Source: an uncultured bacterium (GTDB lineage: Bacteria > Chloroflexota > UBA5177 > JANWHV01). From it: a stretch of DNA of 64,000 nt. Location: the NCBI GenBank assembly GCA_963827235.1, contig CAWHAE010000012.1, positions 576,001-640,000 of the forward strand. Reading direction: 5' to 3'. The position numbers and the translations under genes are program-made. Position 1 is the stretch's first letter; each line of letters begins with the position of its first letter. Positions 9,211-20,332 of this stretch are shown here, one piece after another. Under the pieces are notes generated by a model. It was not told where the DNA came from, searched no databases, and saw only the letters and a program-made list of their open reading frames with translations.

Positions 9211-10591
9211 GCCAGCGAGCCATGTGGTTGCGCTGCGTCTCAGTCAACGCTTCAGGTCGGTAGAAGCGATCGTAGAACCGCACGTCGACGTGTGTGGCCT
9301 GATAGCCCAGGAACGTGCGGTAGGGCGGGGAGTAAGCGGGAAAGCGTCCGTAGCGCTGGTAGACGTAGTCACAATAGGCGACAGTCGCCTCGATCGCCTT
9401 GTCCGATGGGGGCGCCGCGGCGGCTGTGATCGCTTCCGGATTTCGCCACGCGCTGGCTTTGCTTCCTTCCCGGAACGCGCCCTGGGCGCCGAACTTGGCA
9501 TCGACTACAGCCCGCACCGCGGCCTCCATATTGGGATAGTAGGGCGGGCAGTAAGGCTTGAGCAGCGTCTTGCCTTCGCTTTCCAGGCCAAGGACCAGTG
9601 GCACGGTGCCGTCCTTGCGCAGCAGGCGAGCGACGGTCGAATACAGCCGCCCGACGCCGAGGTACCGGCTAGCAGGCATTTCCGCGGTGCGAAATCCGAG
9701 GGCCTTCAACCAGCCGTATTCGTGCGCGGCAAAGTGCACGTAGCCGCCGAGGCCCATCGACTGCGCCATCAGTGCCACGTTCTGTAGCATCATGCCTTGC
9801 TCGCACGTAGTCCCTTCAATCATGGCGCATTCCACGCGCTGGATGGTGCCCGTGCGGTTCATCGCCGCGTCATCGCATAGGTGTCCGCCTCTACTTCGAG
9901 CGAATCGCGCCAGCCCGGCCGCGCGGAAGCCGTTGCGTTCGTCGCGGATGAAGCCGCCGGTATCTTCGTCGAAGAGCTCCAGGAGCGCGTTGATGTAGAA
10001 GAACGTGAGATCGTTGACGGGAAGGAAGTATGTGCTCGCAGGGGCGTAAAGCGCCCACCGATTGATGTTGAAGTTGTACAGCGGCTCGAGGGGAGCGGTC
10101 ACCCGCCGATCGCGAAATTTGACGCGACCGCAGCGATACAGCTCGAGATACTCGCGGCGCTCTCCCAGCCCGATTAGCTCGGCGATCTCGCCCGCCTCGC
10201 AATCATGCGGTCTCTTGAGCAAGTACGTTCCCTGGTCGTTGATCACGACGAGTGCAACCGTCTGTACCGCGTCGCCACTGGCAATGGTGCGGCCGACCCA
10301 GTTCGCCAGCATGGTGCCGCCGCGCCCGCTCGCGTATTCGAGGTCGGCCAGCGCGTACCCGGTAATACCGCAAGCGGCGTATGCCAGCATCGCCTCCTCG
10401 TCCTCGGAAAGCGGTGCGGCCGCATAGCTGCTGGAATAGGCCAGCGGCCCGTGCTCCATGCGCATGCCGCGGCCAAATCGGCGGCAGCGCCGGCCGCGAA
10501 TCGCCTCGAGCAACGGGTAGCTCGCTAGGTTCTGGAGACCGGGATGGGCCCCCTCCGCCGGCACCGCGGCGTCCGCACGGATCGATGTCAT
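9191..10591 (-). CDS. Conserved hypothetical protein with nitroreductase-like features
   Basis: GAAGGAGG RBS before ATG 10591; LLEAIRGRRCRRF and GMMLQNVALMAQSMGLGG motifs. Confidence 0.65.
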   Translation of the reverse strand: MTSIRADAAVPAEGAHPGLQNLASYPLLEAIRGRRCRRFGRGMRMEHGPLAYSSSYAAAPLSEDEEAMLAYAACGITGYALADLEYASGRGGTMLANWVGRTIASGDAVQTVALVVINDQGTYLLKRPHDCEAGEIAELIGLGERREYLELYRCGRVKFRDRRVTAPLEPLYNFNINRWALYAPASTYFLPVNDLTFFYINALLELFDEDTGGFIRDERNGFRAAGLARFARSRGGHLCDDAAMNRTGTIQRVECAMIEGTTCEQGMMLQNVALMAQSMGLGGYVHFAAHEYGWLKALGFRTAEMPASRYLGVGRLYSTVARLLRKDGTVPLVLGLESEGKTLLKPYCPPYYPNMEAAVRAVVDAKFGAQGAFREGSKASAWRNPEAITAAAAPPSDKAIEATVAYCDYVYQRYGRFPAYSPPYRTFLGYQATHVDVRFYDRFYRPEALTETQRNHMARWHAGEGS

Positions 10592-10753
10592 CGACGTACC
10601 TCCTTCAGGTGTGATAGGCATGGACGGCTTGACTCTGCCGGGCACCACCGGTCGGCCAGGCCGCCGGCGATAGTACGTCCGCCGAATGGGCGCGGATCAC
10701 AGGCTCGGCCGCGCACTCCGGGATGTGTCGTGGTGAGCGTAGCCAGCGGCAGC

Positions 10754-11034
10754 ATGACCCCGGCGGAGCGCTTTCTGACGGCCCTGGACAACAAGGTGCC
10801 GGACCGGGTGCCCGTGACCCCGGATATCTCCAACTACAATCCCTGCAGACGTACTCGCTTCGGGCTATGCGCGATGCGGGCGAACGGGGAGGCTTCATTC
10901 TGAGCACTGGCGACCGGTGCCCGCGCGACACACCGGACGCGAACATCTTCGCCGTGGTAGAGGCTGCCCACGAGCTCGGGCAGTACGACATGGCACCTGG
11001 CAGCTTATCGGCACTCGACGCCCTGCAAGACTGA
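10754..11034 (+). pseudogene. Uroporphyrinogen decarboxylase/MtaA-family remnant with internal deletion
   Basis: N-terminal MTPAERFLTALDNKVPDRVPV joined in a different frame to C-terminal GGFILSTGDRCPRDTPDANIFAVVEAAHELG. Confidence 0.7.
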
Positions 11035-11296
11035 GCGATTGGAGCCGGATCGCGCGCCGGGATGCCACGGAGCATCGCTAGGATACCGGCCGGGTCGGCA
11101 CGTGCTCCGGCAGTTGGGCGCATCCATGTGGAGTCCGGGCGGCACTCGATGTCCATTGTTGTGACAACGGTATCACGTGACGAGACATGGCACGGCGAGC
11201 GGCCGGTCTGCTGACCACCGGATAGGGCCAGGCGAGCCGCGAAGCAGGGGAGTTGTGCCGTGGACAGTCTACGACACAGTGTGCCCACCCTTGGGC

Positions 11297-11326
11297 TTGA
11301 CAGGGCGGCGCCTGGGTTGCTAGCAT
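11297..11326 (+). promoter_or_regulatory. Sigma70-type promoter for the dehydrogenase pair
   Basis: TTGACA-18 nt-TAGCAT with extended TG. Confidence 0.5.
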
Positions 11327-11531
11327 GGCGAGGATGATACCGGTGTCACCCGCGCAGCACCTTGGCTCGGGCCGCAGACAGCTCGCGCGCAGGCGCGGGC
11401 CACGGCCTGAGGTGGGAATTCGAGTGGACGACAGACTGACTGCGCGGCTGTCCTGCGGGTGATTCGATCCACCAGCCGTGACGTCCGTCCAGTCGAGGGA
11501 GTAGGCGTGCTCCTGGAAAGAGCGTGAACAT

Positions 11532-12560
11532 ATGAGTGACTCCATACCAGACACCATGCGTGTGGCCCGGTTCCTCGGTGAGGGTCGAATCGCGCTGGAA
11601 TCGAGGCCCGTTCCGCTGCCGGGGCAAGGCGAGGTGCTGCTCCGCGTGCACGCCTGCGCCACGTGCGGCAGCGACCGGCACGCCTGGGAACACGGATCCG
11701 CCATCACGCCTGGGCACGAGGGATCGGGCACCGTGGTGGCGACGGGGCCGGGAACCACTATCCCGATCGGCACTCGTGGCGCCGTCTATCTCGTCGCCTA
11801 CTGCGGCAGCTGCCGCATGTGCCGGCGAGGCGAGACGGGCGCCTGTCTGCGGAAGGAGCGCATGATCGGCTTCACGCACGATGGTGCCTACGCCGACTGC
11901 ATGGTGGCACCCGAGCGCTGCGTGCTCCCCATCGACAGGGACATGGATCTGGACAACGCCAATATGCTGCTCGACGTGCTGGGCACCACGTTCCACGCCA
12001 TCCGCCGCTCTCGGCTGGCGCCGGAACAGATCGGCGCCGCCTGCATCATGGGCGCCGGACCCATCGGCTTGGGCGCGATCCTCGCTCTGCGCGGTCTGGG
12101 AGTCTCGGCGATCTACGCGGTGGACGTCAATCCGCTCAGGCTGGATATGGCGGCAAAGCTCGGCGCCCACGTTCTGGACGGACGCGATGGTCAGGTGGTG
12201 CAGCGCATCCGAGCGCTGCTGCCGGATGGTCCCGACTTCGTGCTCGAGGCCACGGGGAATCAGGCGGCGCAGCGGCAGGCTATCGACATGGTGGCCGCGG
12301 ACGGGCCGGTCGTGGTGGTAGGGCACTCACCGAATCCGTTCGAAGTACGCTCGAGCGCCGACCTGATTAGCCAGGAGAAAATGCTCATTGGCTCCGAGTA
12401 TTTCGGCGTGGCGGAGTTCGCGGTGAACCTCGCGCTGCTGCGCGCGGGGCGCGTCGATCCCTTGCCCGTGATCACGCATCGTATGCCGCTGGATCAGATC
12501 GAGGATGCCTTCAAGCTGTTCTGGTCCGGGATGACCGGGAAAGTGCTGGTGTGCCCGTGA
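11532..12560 (+). CDS. Zn-dependent alcohol/sugar dehydrogenase (MDR)
   Basis: CGSD, GHEGSG, CGSCRMC..C, GAGPIG. Confidence 0.92.
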   Translation: MSDSIPDTMRVARFLGEGRIALESRPVPLPGQGEVLLRVHACATCGSDRHAWEHGSAITPGHEGSGTVVATGPGTTIPIGTRGAVYLVAYCGSCRMCRRGETGACLRKERMIGFTHDGAYADCMVAPERCVLPIDRDMDLDNANMLLDVLGTTFHAIRRSRLAPEQIGAACIMGAGPIGLGAILALRGLGVSAIYAVDVNPLRLDMAAKLGAHVLDGRDGQVVQRIRALLPDGPDFVLEATGNQAAQRQAIDMVAADGPVVVVGHSPNPFEVRSSADLISQEKMLIGSEYFGVAEFAVNLALLRAGRVDPLPVITHRMPLDQIEDAFKLFWSGMTGKVLVCP

Positions 12561-13555
12561 ACGCTCGGTTGCGCGTCGCGGTGATCGGCTACGGCGGTTG
12601 GGGCAGGGTGCACCTGGAAGCGTACCGCGGCAATCCACTCACGGAGCTGGTAGCGCTGTGCGGGCGGAATCCACGGCGCGTTACTCAGACGGCGGCGTAT
12701 TACGGCGCCCAACCCTACACCGACGTGGGCCGCATGCTGGCCGAGGAGCGGCCGGACCTCGTGTCGGTCATCCTGCCGGATGCCGAGCATTACGAGCCGA
12801 CACTGCAGGTGCTCGAAGCAGGCGTGTCCTGTTTTGCCGAGAAGCCGCTCACCATGGACCTGGCGGAAGCGGAGCGGTTGCTGGCAGCGGCGAAGCGGCA
12901 CGGCGCCCGCTTCGGCATCAACTTCAACCATCGCTACAGCACACCGTTCCAGCGCACCAAGGCCATCATCGAGAACGGTGTGCTCGGCGCGCCGGCTTAT
13001 TTCCTCTGGAAGTTCACAGGCGGCCACTTTCCCGAGCGCCAGGCTTCGCTGCACCATTTGCTCTACATGCAGAGCCACGGCTTTGACATGCTGCGCTGGC
13101 TGGGCGGGCCGGTGCGCTGGGTCAGCGCCGAGGCAGCCGACCCGCGCGGTGAAGGCCTGCTCACCACGGCCGTCGTCTCGCTCTCGTTCGCCAGCGGCGC
13201 CGTCGGCACGCTGATCGCCAGCATCGACGGCAGCTACGCCGATACGCATAACCACGAGTTTGAATGCCTTGGTCTTGGCGGCCGCGTTCGCGTCACCGAC
13301 GTGCTGCGGCGTTTTGAGTGGTCGCCGCGCTCACAGCGCGACGGTATCACCGTGTGGGAACCGGGATTCTTCGACGACCGGGAGCGCGACTTCGGCGCCA
13401 CCACGGCCACTCACGTCGACCGCTACGTCCGCGCGCAGCTGGCAGGGGATCCGGTGCCGGTGCCGGCAGAGGACGGGTACGAAGCGTTGAGGCTGGGACT
13501 CGCGGCCATCGAGTCCGTGCGTACCGGTGAGCGGGTAGCAGTCGATCCCGCGTAG
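12557..13555 (+). CDS. Gfo/Idh/MocA oxidoreductase
   Basis: VAVIGYGGWG, AEKP, NHRY; GTGA overlap with the upstream gene. Confidence 0.9.
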   Translation: MNARLRVAVIGYGGWGRVHLEAYRGNPLTELVALCGRNPRRVTQTAAYYGAQPYTDVGRMLAEERPDLVSVILPDAEHYEPTLQVLEAGVSCFAEKPLTMDLAEAERLLAAAKRHGARFGINFNHRYSTPFQRTKAIIENGVLGAPAYFLWKFTGGHFPERQASLHHLLYMQSHGFDMLRWLGGPVRWVSAEAADPRGEGLLTTAVVSLSFASGAVGTLIASIDGSYADTHNHEFECLGLGGRVRVTDVLRRFEWSPRSQRDGITVWEPGFFDDRERDFGATTATHVDRYVRAQLAGDPVPVPAEDGYEALRLGLAAIESVRTGERVAVDPA

Positions 13556-13808
13556 CAGCGCCGGTGCCGGATGAGGGGTGTCAGCCGCTCCATCTGCTCG
13601 TTGGTCAGCTCTCGCCCATGCGCCAACGCTCCACGACTGTGGTGCGAGCCGAGGGCGTCTAGCTGCCGGAATCGCGGCGGGCTTCGTGTGTCGGCCGCGC
13701 CGCTGGCTGGTCGAGCGCAGCGTATGCTTGGGTAGCGCGCTGTCGCCGCCTGCCGAGCGTTTGTGAGCGCTTGCCCCCGAGATCCTGGCCGCTAGCGCTT
13801 CGTCGCTG

Positions 13809-14099
13809 TTGTTTCCCCCATACTCGGCCATGTCGCCGGCATCATGGTTCGGCCGCGATGCCAACCTCACTGATGCCAACCTGACCGGTGCCACGATCAC
13901 GGGAGTCGTGTGGAACAGCACGGTGTGCTCCGCCAGCACGAACAGCACCAGCAACGACAGTAGTCCGAAGTCGTGCATCGGGCACGGATGGGGCCTGCAG
14001 GCGCCGATCCCGTTCACTGAAGGAGAGCCGCAAGCATGCGGTCCGGCACCCGCATGGCCCGCGCCGAAGCCGCGTGGCTGGAGCAAGCGCAGGAGCTGA
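13809..14099 (+). pseudogene. Pentapeptide-repeat protein C-terminal fragment
   Basis: DANLTDANLTGATITGVVWNSTVC..SCIGHG; N-terminus missing. Confidence 0.55.
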
Positions 14100-14332
14100 G
14101 CACCTGCATGTACATGCACCCGGTGCATAGCCATGAACTGGCGCGCGGCCAATGAATCGGCTGTAGCTGCGGTGCTCTGTCCGTTGCAGGGACACCGCGC
14201 CGCGATTACGACGCCGATGTCTTACATGGGTCTGCTAGCGCGCAACACGTGATGCCCGTCCTGCCTTGCCGTACCGCGGTCCCTTACGGGATACTTTCCT
14301 GCGGGGAATTCCGTGCATGGAGGGACGCGGTG

Positions 14333-17300
14333 ATGGGACAGGATCGCCACGAGATGCCCTCTCAGGTCACCTACAGCCGGCAGTACCGGCGCTGCGGCAA
14401 GGCGGGTTGCAAGCTGTGCGCAGGGGGAGCGCCGGGACACGGGCCCTACTGGTACGCCTACTGGCGGGAGGACGGCCGCCTGCGGTCCCGCTACCTGGGC
14501 AAACGGCGGCCCGACGGGGCGCCCGAGGAGGATGACGCCGCGATTCTTCCACCGCCGCCCGCTGCGGCGGTGACCGTCCCGCTCGCGCCCGCCGGAGCAG
14601 GGCCGATTCCGCATCCCCATCCTGGCACCCAGGCTTCGGACGCCGCAGCCTCGCGCCTGCGCATCCGCACGCTCGGAGGCTTCGCGGTCTGGCGGGGTGA
14701 AGTACCGGTGCCCGCACGCGTCTGGCAGCAGCGCAGGCTCGCCACCTTGCTCACCTGCCTGCTCAGCGCCCCCGGTCACCAGCTGCATCGAGAGCGTGTG
14801 ATCGCGCTTCTCTGGCCCGACGCGGACGAGGACGCCGGGACCGAGAGCCTGCGGGTGGCCCTGCACCGCCTGCGCGGCGTGCTGGATGGCCCGGACGCGA
14901 CCGCCAGCTGTATCCGCGCCGAAGGCGAACTGCTGCTGTTCCGCCCGCCCACGCCGGAGGAGGCTCCTGCCGACTGGCTCGACGCCGACGCTTTCGAGCA
15001 CGCGGCTCAGCAGGCGCTGGCCTCGAGCGACCCGGCACTCTGCCGGGCGGCGCTGGTGCTCTATACCGGGGAGTATCTCCCGGGTGACCTCTATGCGGAC
15101 TGGGCGGCGTCCCGGCGCGAGACCCTCCGGCTGCACTACCTCGCCGTGTTGCTGCGACTGGCGGAGCTGGCGGGGGTGCGGGGTGAGGTGGACGAGGCGG
15201 AGGAATGTCTGCGGACCGTCCTGACGCTCGACGCCTGCCACGAAGAGGCCGCGGGTCGCCTGATGGGCCTGCTTGCCTCCGGAGACCGACGTGCCGATGC
15301 GCTGCGCGTGTACGACGATCTGGCGGCTGCCCTGAAGCGTGATCTCGGATCTGCGACCCTCCGACGACCTGGCGCTGCTCTATCGCCAGTTGCTGGCGGC
15401 CGGCACCGTGCCCAGCGCCGCCAGCCAGCTCGCTCCGGCGTCGATCCCGATTCGACGCACGAAACTCCCCGTGCCGCTCACCTCGTACGTCGCCCGTCCG
15501 CACGAGGAGCAGCGCCTGCGCGACCGGCTGGCCCAGGCCCGGCTCCTCACGCTCACCGGCACCGGCGGCTGCGGCAAGACACGGCTCGCCCTCCACTGTG
15601 CCGCCGGCCTGCTGGAAACCTACCCCGACGGCGTGTGGCTGGCCGGGCTGGCGGCGCTCCCGGCCGGGCAGGAGGAGAGCACCGTGACCCGCGCCGTGGC
15701 CGGGGCGCTGGGGCTGGTGGAGGAGGCCCAGCGCCCGCTAAACGAAACCCTCACCGCCTTCCTGGCTCCCCGCACCATTCTGCTGGTGCTGGACAACTGC
15801 GAGCACGTCGTGGCGCCCGCGGCCGCGCTCGTCGACGCCCTCCTGACCGCCTGCCCCCGGCTGCAAGTGCTGGCCACGAGCCGCCAGCAGCTGAAGGTGC
15901 CGGGGGAAGTGACCTGCTGCGTGGGCTCGCTGGCGCTGCCGCCACCATCGTCCGGGGCGCAGGCACTGCCGCGCTACGAGGCGGCGGCGCTGTTCCTGGC
16001 GCGGGCGCGAGACACATCGCCGGAGCGGCTGAACAGCACGGAGGCCGCGGCAGCCATCGCCCAGATCTGCATCCGGCTGGACGGCATTCCCCTGGCCATC
16101 GAGCTGGCGGCGGCCCGGGCGCGCCTGTTGCCCCTGGCCACCATTGCCTCTGGACTGGACGACTGCTGTCGCCTGCTCACGGGCGGGCCACGCACGGTTC
16201 TGCCCCGCCAGCGCACCCTGCGGGCCACCCTGGACTGGAGCTACGCACTGCTGGAGGAGCGTGAGCGCGTGCTCCTACGTCGGCTGGCTGGCTTTGCCGG
16301 CGGGTGGACACTGGAGGCGGCGGAGGCCGTGTGCAGCGACACCGCAGTGGCCGGACCGGCTCCGGAGGTGCCTGTGCTGCCGGCGGGCGACGTGCTGGAC
16401 GTGCTGGCGGGCCTGGTGGACAAGTCCCTGGTGCAGGTCCAGCACCGTGACGGGACAACCCGCCACCGATTCCTTGAGCCGGCGCGGCAGTACGCAGCCG
16501 ACATGCTGACCGCCGCCGGCGAGGCAACGACGATCCGGGACCGGCACCTGACATGGGCCGTGACGTTCGCAGAGCGGGCGAGGCCGGCGCTCACTGGATC
16601 GGAGCAACTGATTTGGCTGGAGCGGCTGGAGGCGGAGCACGACAATCTGCGCGCCGCGCTGACCTGGGCGCGGGAGCGGTGCGCGGAGGAGTTCGGGCTG
16701 CGTCTGGCGGGGGCCGTGGGACGTTTCTGGAACATGCGGGGTTACTTCACTGAAGGACGACGCTGGCTGGAGGGAGCGCTGGCCGGAACGGGCCACGACG
16801 CGCGAACACCTCGTGCCCTGGCGCTGACCAGTGCTGGTAATCTGGCCTATTCCCAGGGAGATTTTGGGCAGGCGGCAGCGCTCTACGAGGAAGCTTTGGT
16901 GCTCGAGCGCGAGCTAGGGGACAAGCAACGCATCGCCATCTCGCTCAACAACCTGGGGGTGGTGGCGGACAGCCTGGGTGAGTATAAGCGTGCGGTGGGG
17001 CTCTATGGCGAGAGCTTGGCAGTCTATCGTGAGCTGGGGGACAAGGCTGGCATCGCGGGCGCACTCAACAACCTCGGAAGCTTAGCCGAATGTCATGGAG
17101 ACTGCGGGCGGGCGCTCGCACTGCTTGAAGAGGCTTCGGAGTTGTTCCGTGTCCTCGGAGACATCCGGAGCATGGCCATCTCGCTGAGCAATCTAGCGTA
17201 CGCGGCGGACTACCAGGGCGACCACGCGCGGGCGGTGGCCCTCCAGGAGGACGCCCTGGCGCTCAGTCGGCAGGTTGCGGATCCCAGGAGCGTTGCCAAC

Positions 17301-17813
17301 TCGCTCACCGGCCTCGGCGCTTTTGTGTGTCGGCAGGCTGACTACGGGCGAGCGGTGGCCCACCTCAACGAGAGCCTGACGCTGCAGCGTGCGTTGGGGA
17401 ACAAGGAGGGCATCGCACGGACGCTCGTGGTTCTCGCAGAGGTGGCCCACCGGTTGGGCGACGAGGCCCGGGCAGCCGGTCTGCTGCGTGAGGGCGTCCG
17501 CCTCAGTCGAGACATCGGTGCCAGGGATTGGCTGGCCCGAGGGCTGGAAGCGATGGCCAACGTAGCCGCGGCAGGTGGGGTGCATCGGCGAGCGGCGGTG
17601 CTCGCCGGGGCGGCCGAGTCGTTGCGCTGCGTGATTGGCCTTCACCGGCCGCCATTCCTCGCTGCGGAGCAGGAAGCATTGGTGCAGCGCTTGCACACCG
17701 CCCTGGGCGACGAAGCGGAGGCATCGTGGCATACGGGCCGGGTGCTGTCGCTCGACCAGGCTGTCGACCTGGCGCTGGATGAGCAGGAGCGCCGCACACC
17801 GGTCCTGGCCTGA
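14333..17813 (+). CDS. DUF6788-like Zn-finger + wHTH/BTAD + NB-ARC ATPase + TPR regulator (AfsR/SARP-like), frameshift near 15350
   Basis: CGKAGCKLC..HGPYWY; LHRERVIALLWP; DADAFE, DACHEEAA; GTGGCGKT, LVLDNCEH, LDGIPLAIELAAAR; SLNNLG TPRs; one extra base at GATCTCGGATCTG joins ORFs 14249-16264 and 15339-17813. Confidence 0.85.
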
Positions 17814-17819
17814 TTGCCC

Positions 17820-17923
17820 TGTTACACAAGTTCCCCGTCCTTGTTACACAAGATCCACGCTGCTCTCTCCTGAACGATGCGCTGGAGCGGCATAACGCTG
17901 CCGTAACGATCGACCACTAGGAT
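17820..17923 (+). promoter_or_regulatory. Direct-repeat regulator sites and -10 element
   Basis: TGTTACACAAG at 17820 and 17842 (22-bp period); (A/G)TAACG at 17892 and 17903 (11-bp period); TAGGAT at 17918. Confidence 0.5.
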
Positions 17924-18029
17924 CGTGACGGCTGAGCTGGTGCGCACTGAACGACAGGGCGACCGGGCGAGTGGCGAGGCGGTGGCCGCCGCGTGCGCGG
18001 ACGGCTGCGGACGAGAGTGAGGTGCAAGC

Positions 18030-19751
18030 ATGAAAACATTGAGGTATCTGGTCCTGGCAGGTCTCCTGGTCGTACCCGGCAGCGTGACGCGCCGCGCGTT
18101 CGGCGCGCCGGACGCCGAAACGGACGATGCCACCGCATCCGGTGGAAACGAAGGTGCCACGGCACGATCGTTGCTCGGGAGCGCCCAGCGGTTGCTGCGG
18201 CTTGCCGGCATTGCTGTGCTAGCGCTCCTGCTCCTCGGGATCGCGGGCTGCAGCAGCTTCGGGACGGGCAGGGCCCATGCAAGTGCTCTCAGGGCCTGTA
18301 CTGACGCCTGGATCGGTCCCTCGACGGGCACCTCCTCCTGGTCGGTCGCCGGCAACTGGTCGCACGGCGTTCCTACCAAAGACGATGTCGCCTGCATCAA
18401 CGACAGCGGCACCTACACGGTCGTCATGGACCATAATGCCGCCTGGCCATGGGAGGTTGGCGCAATCCAGATCGGGGCTCCCGCCGGCAACCCCACCCTC
18501 GAACTGAGCGGGCTCAATCCCCCCGACAATTCCGGAAACGTGAGATTGTGGCTCAACAACGGGACCATTATCGTCGGCGGTAACGGCACACACGGCACCC
18601 TGGCTGTCGTCGCGGACGCCAACGCCTCGGTTAGTATCGAGGATGAAAACCCCAGTAGCACCAACGGCGGCTCGCTCACCATCGCCGCGGGCGGGACGCT
18701 CACCCTGTCCGGACCCAAGGTTGCCGCATGGCAATCCGCACAGGTCCTTGTTCACGTACCGCTGACCATTGAGGCTGGGGGCATGGTCGATGTCGCTGCT
18801 GACACCGGCCTGAACCTGGGACCTCATGGCTCCGTGGGCCTTGGCACCGCCACGGTCAACGCGGGCACTTTTCATATCGAGCACGGTGCCATGGTCACGG
18901 TCATCGGCTCGTTCACACAGTCCGCGGGCAGCCTCCTGGTGGACGGCACGCTCACCGTGATCCCGGACGGCACCTTCACCTTTGCCGGCGGGAAGGAATC
19001 GGGCAGTCCGGTGCTGCTCGCGGGCGCCACCCTGGTCGACGGCCCCTACCCGGGCAGCTTCGATCTCACCTACGCCTGCAAGCTCACGGGGGATATCCCT
19101 GCCGGCCAGACCGTCATGGTCGACGGCCACCCGAACAACACCGCCGTGAGCCTCACTGGACCGACGACGGTCAAAGGCACGCTGGCGCTCGAGGCATTTG
19201 CCACTGGCTGGGCCAAGATCCAGGATGGGAACCCGGGCAGCGCATACAGCGGCTCGCTCACCATCGTCGCAGGCGGGACGCTCACCATGTCCGGGCCTTC
19301 CGGCTCGTCCCCACCGGTCATCATTGGCGTGCCGGTTACCAACCAGACGGGCGGCAGGGTAGACGTCACCGCTAATACCAGCGTTCAACTGGGCCCTGAT
19401 GGCTACGCGGCCACTGCTGCGGTCAACCGGGGCATTTTCCGCATTGGCCGCGGAAGCCAGGTCGTTCTGGGCGGTGCCAGCACCCTGACCAACGACGCGA
19501 AGGGAACCCTGGCAATCACGGTAGACGCGATCAACAAGACGGTGTCGGGCATTTCCGGCGCGGGCGTAACCGCGGGCGGCACACTGGCCATCACGACGCT
19601 GGGCTCACCGGCCTCGGGGTCGTCGTACGTCGTCATTACGGGCCCAGTGAAGGGCAAGTTCGCTACCTGCCGCTCCGGGCCCACGCAGTATGCTGTTCGC
19701 TACGCGGCGGGCACGGCGAGCAACAACGAGGTGCTATTGGTCGTCAGATAA
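18030..19751 (+). CDS. Secreted or lipoprotein Gly/Thr-rich beta-helix (adhesin-like) protein
   Basis: GAGGTG RBS; lipobox IAGC; SWSVAGNWSHGVP; duplicated GSLTIxAGGTLTxSGP domain. Confidence 0.7.
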   Translation: MKTLRYLVLAGLLVVPGSVTRRAFGAPDAETDDATASGGNEGATARSLLGSAQRLLRLAGIAVLALLLLGIAGCSSFGTGRAHASALRACTDAWIGPSTGTSSWSVAGNWSHGVPTKDDVACINDSGTYTVVMDHNAAWPWEVGAIQIGAPAGNPTLELSGLNPPDNSGNVRLWLNNGTIIVGGNGTHGTLAVVADANASVSIEDENPSSTNGGSLTIAAGGTLTLSGPKVAAWQSAQVLVHVPLTIEAGGMVDVAADTGLNLGPHGSVGLGTATVNAGTFHIEHGAMVTVIGSFTQSAGSLLVDGTLTVIPDGTFTFAGGKESGSPVLLAGATLVDGPYPGSFDLTYACKLTGDIPAGQTVMVDGHPNNTAVSLTGPTTVKGTLALEAFATGWAKIQDGNPGSAYSGSLTIVAGGTLTMSGPSGSSPPVIIGVPVTNQTGGRVDVTANTSVQLGPDGYAATAAVNRGIFRIGRGSQVVLGGASTLTNDAKGTLAITVDAINKTVSGISGAGVTAGGTLAITTLGSPASGSSYVVITGPVKGKFATCRSGPTQYAVRYAAGTASNNEVLLVVR

Positions 19752-20332
19752 GGGGCGCACACCGATAGGTGCAGGTTGTCCAGACCGCATCGCATAGCCT
19801 GCAGGTCGCCAGCGCACATCCTGCACTGGCCGAACGCGCCATGCTTATGGCTCAGCATGTGACCTCGGCCCTCTACCTGTGGCAGGTGCGATTCGTTTGC
19901 TCGAAACCAGCTCCGGCTGGGGGATGAGCAGGGCTCCGAGGTCGTGGTGCGTAGCCGCCACCGGGGAGCAACAACTGGTTGTGTGATGTCGGGTGCAATC
20001 CCCGACCCTTCAATTGCAAAGAGGAATGCATCTCCCTCAAAGTAGCGATTGGTCATCAATCCTTGAAGCAGGGAGAAACGCGGCGCAACGCTGAACGCGA
20101 CGGCGTGATGCTGCCGGCAAGTTGCAATGGTCAGCGCAAGCAAATGCCCATCTGAACCGTCGCCAGGAAGGACAGGCCCACGCGAGTTCACGGGCCTGGC
20201 CCAAAAGGGCAGGAATTGGGGCCAGCATCTTTGCCAGTGACTGGTAGGCACTCCCACGAAATCCGGCGGACAGTGTGCACCTACGGCAGCGCCGAACACA
20301 CAATGGGAACGAAGGAACCACTGGCTAGGCTC

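Noticed and set aside
15340-15360. Programmed frameshift in the AfsR-like regulator
   Set aside because: No slippery heptamer; other indels in the window point to sequencing error.
19760-20330. Lower-GC stretch with ORF 19700-20299
   Set aside because: No recognisable motif or RBS; possibly a decayed gene next to the IS remnant.
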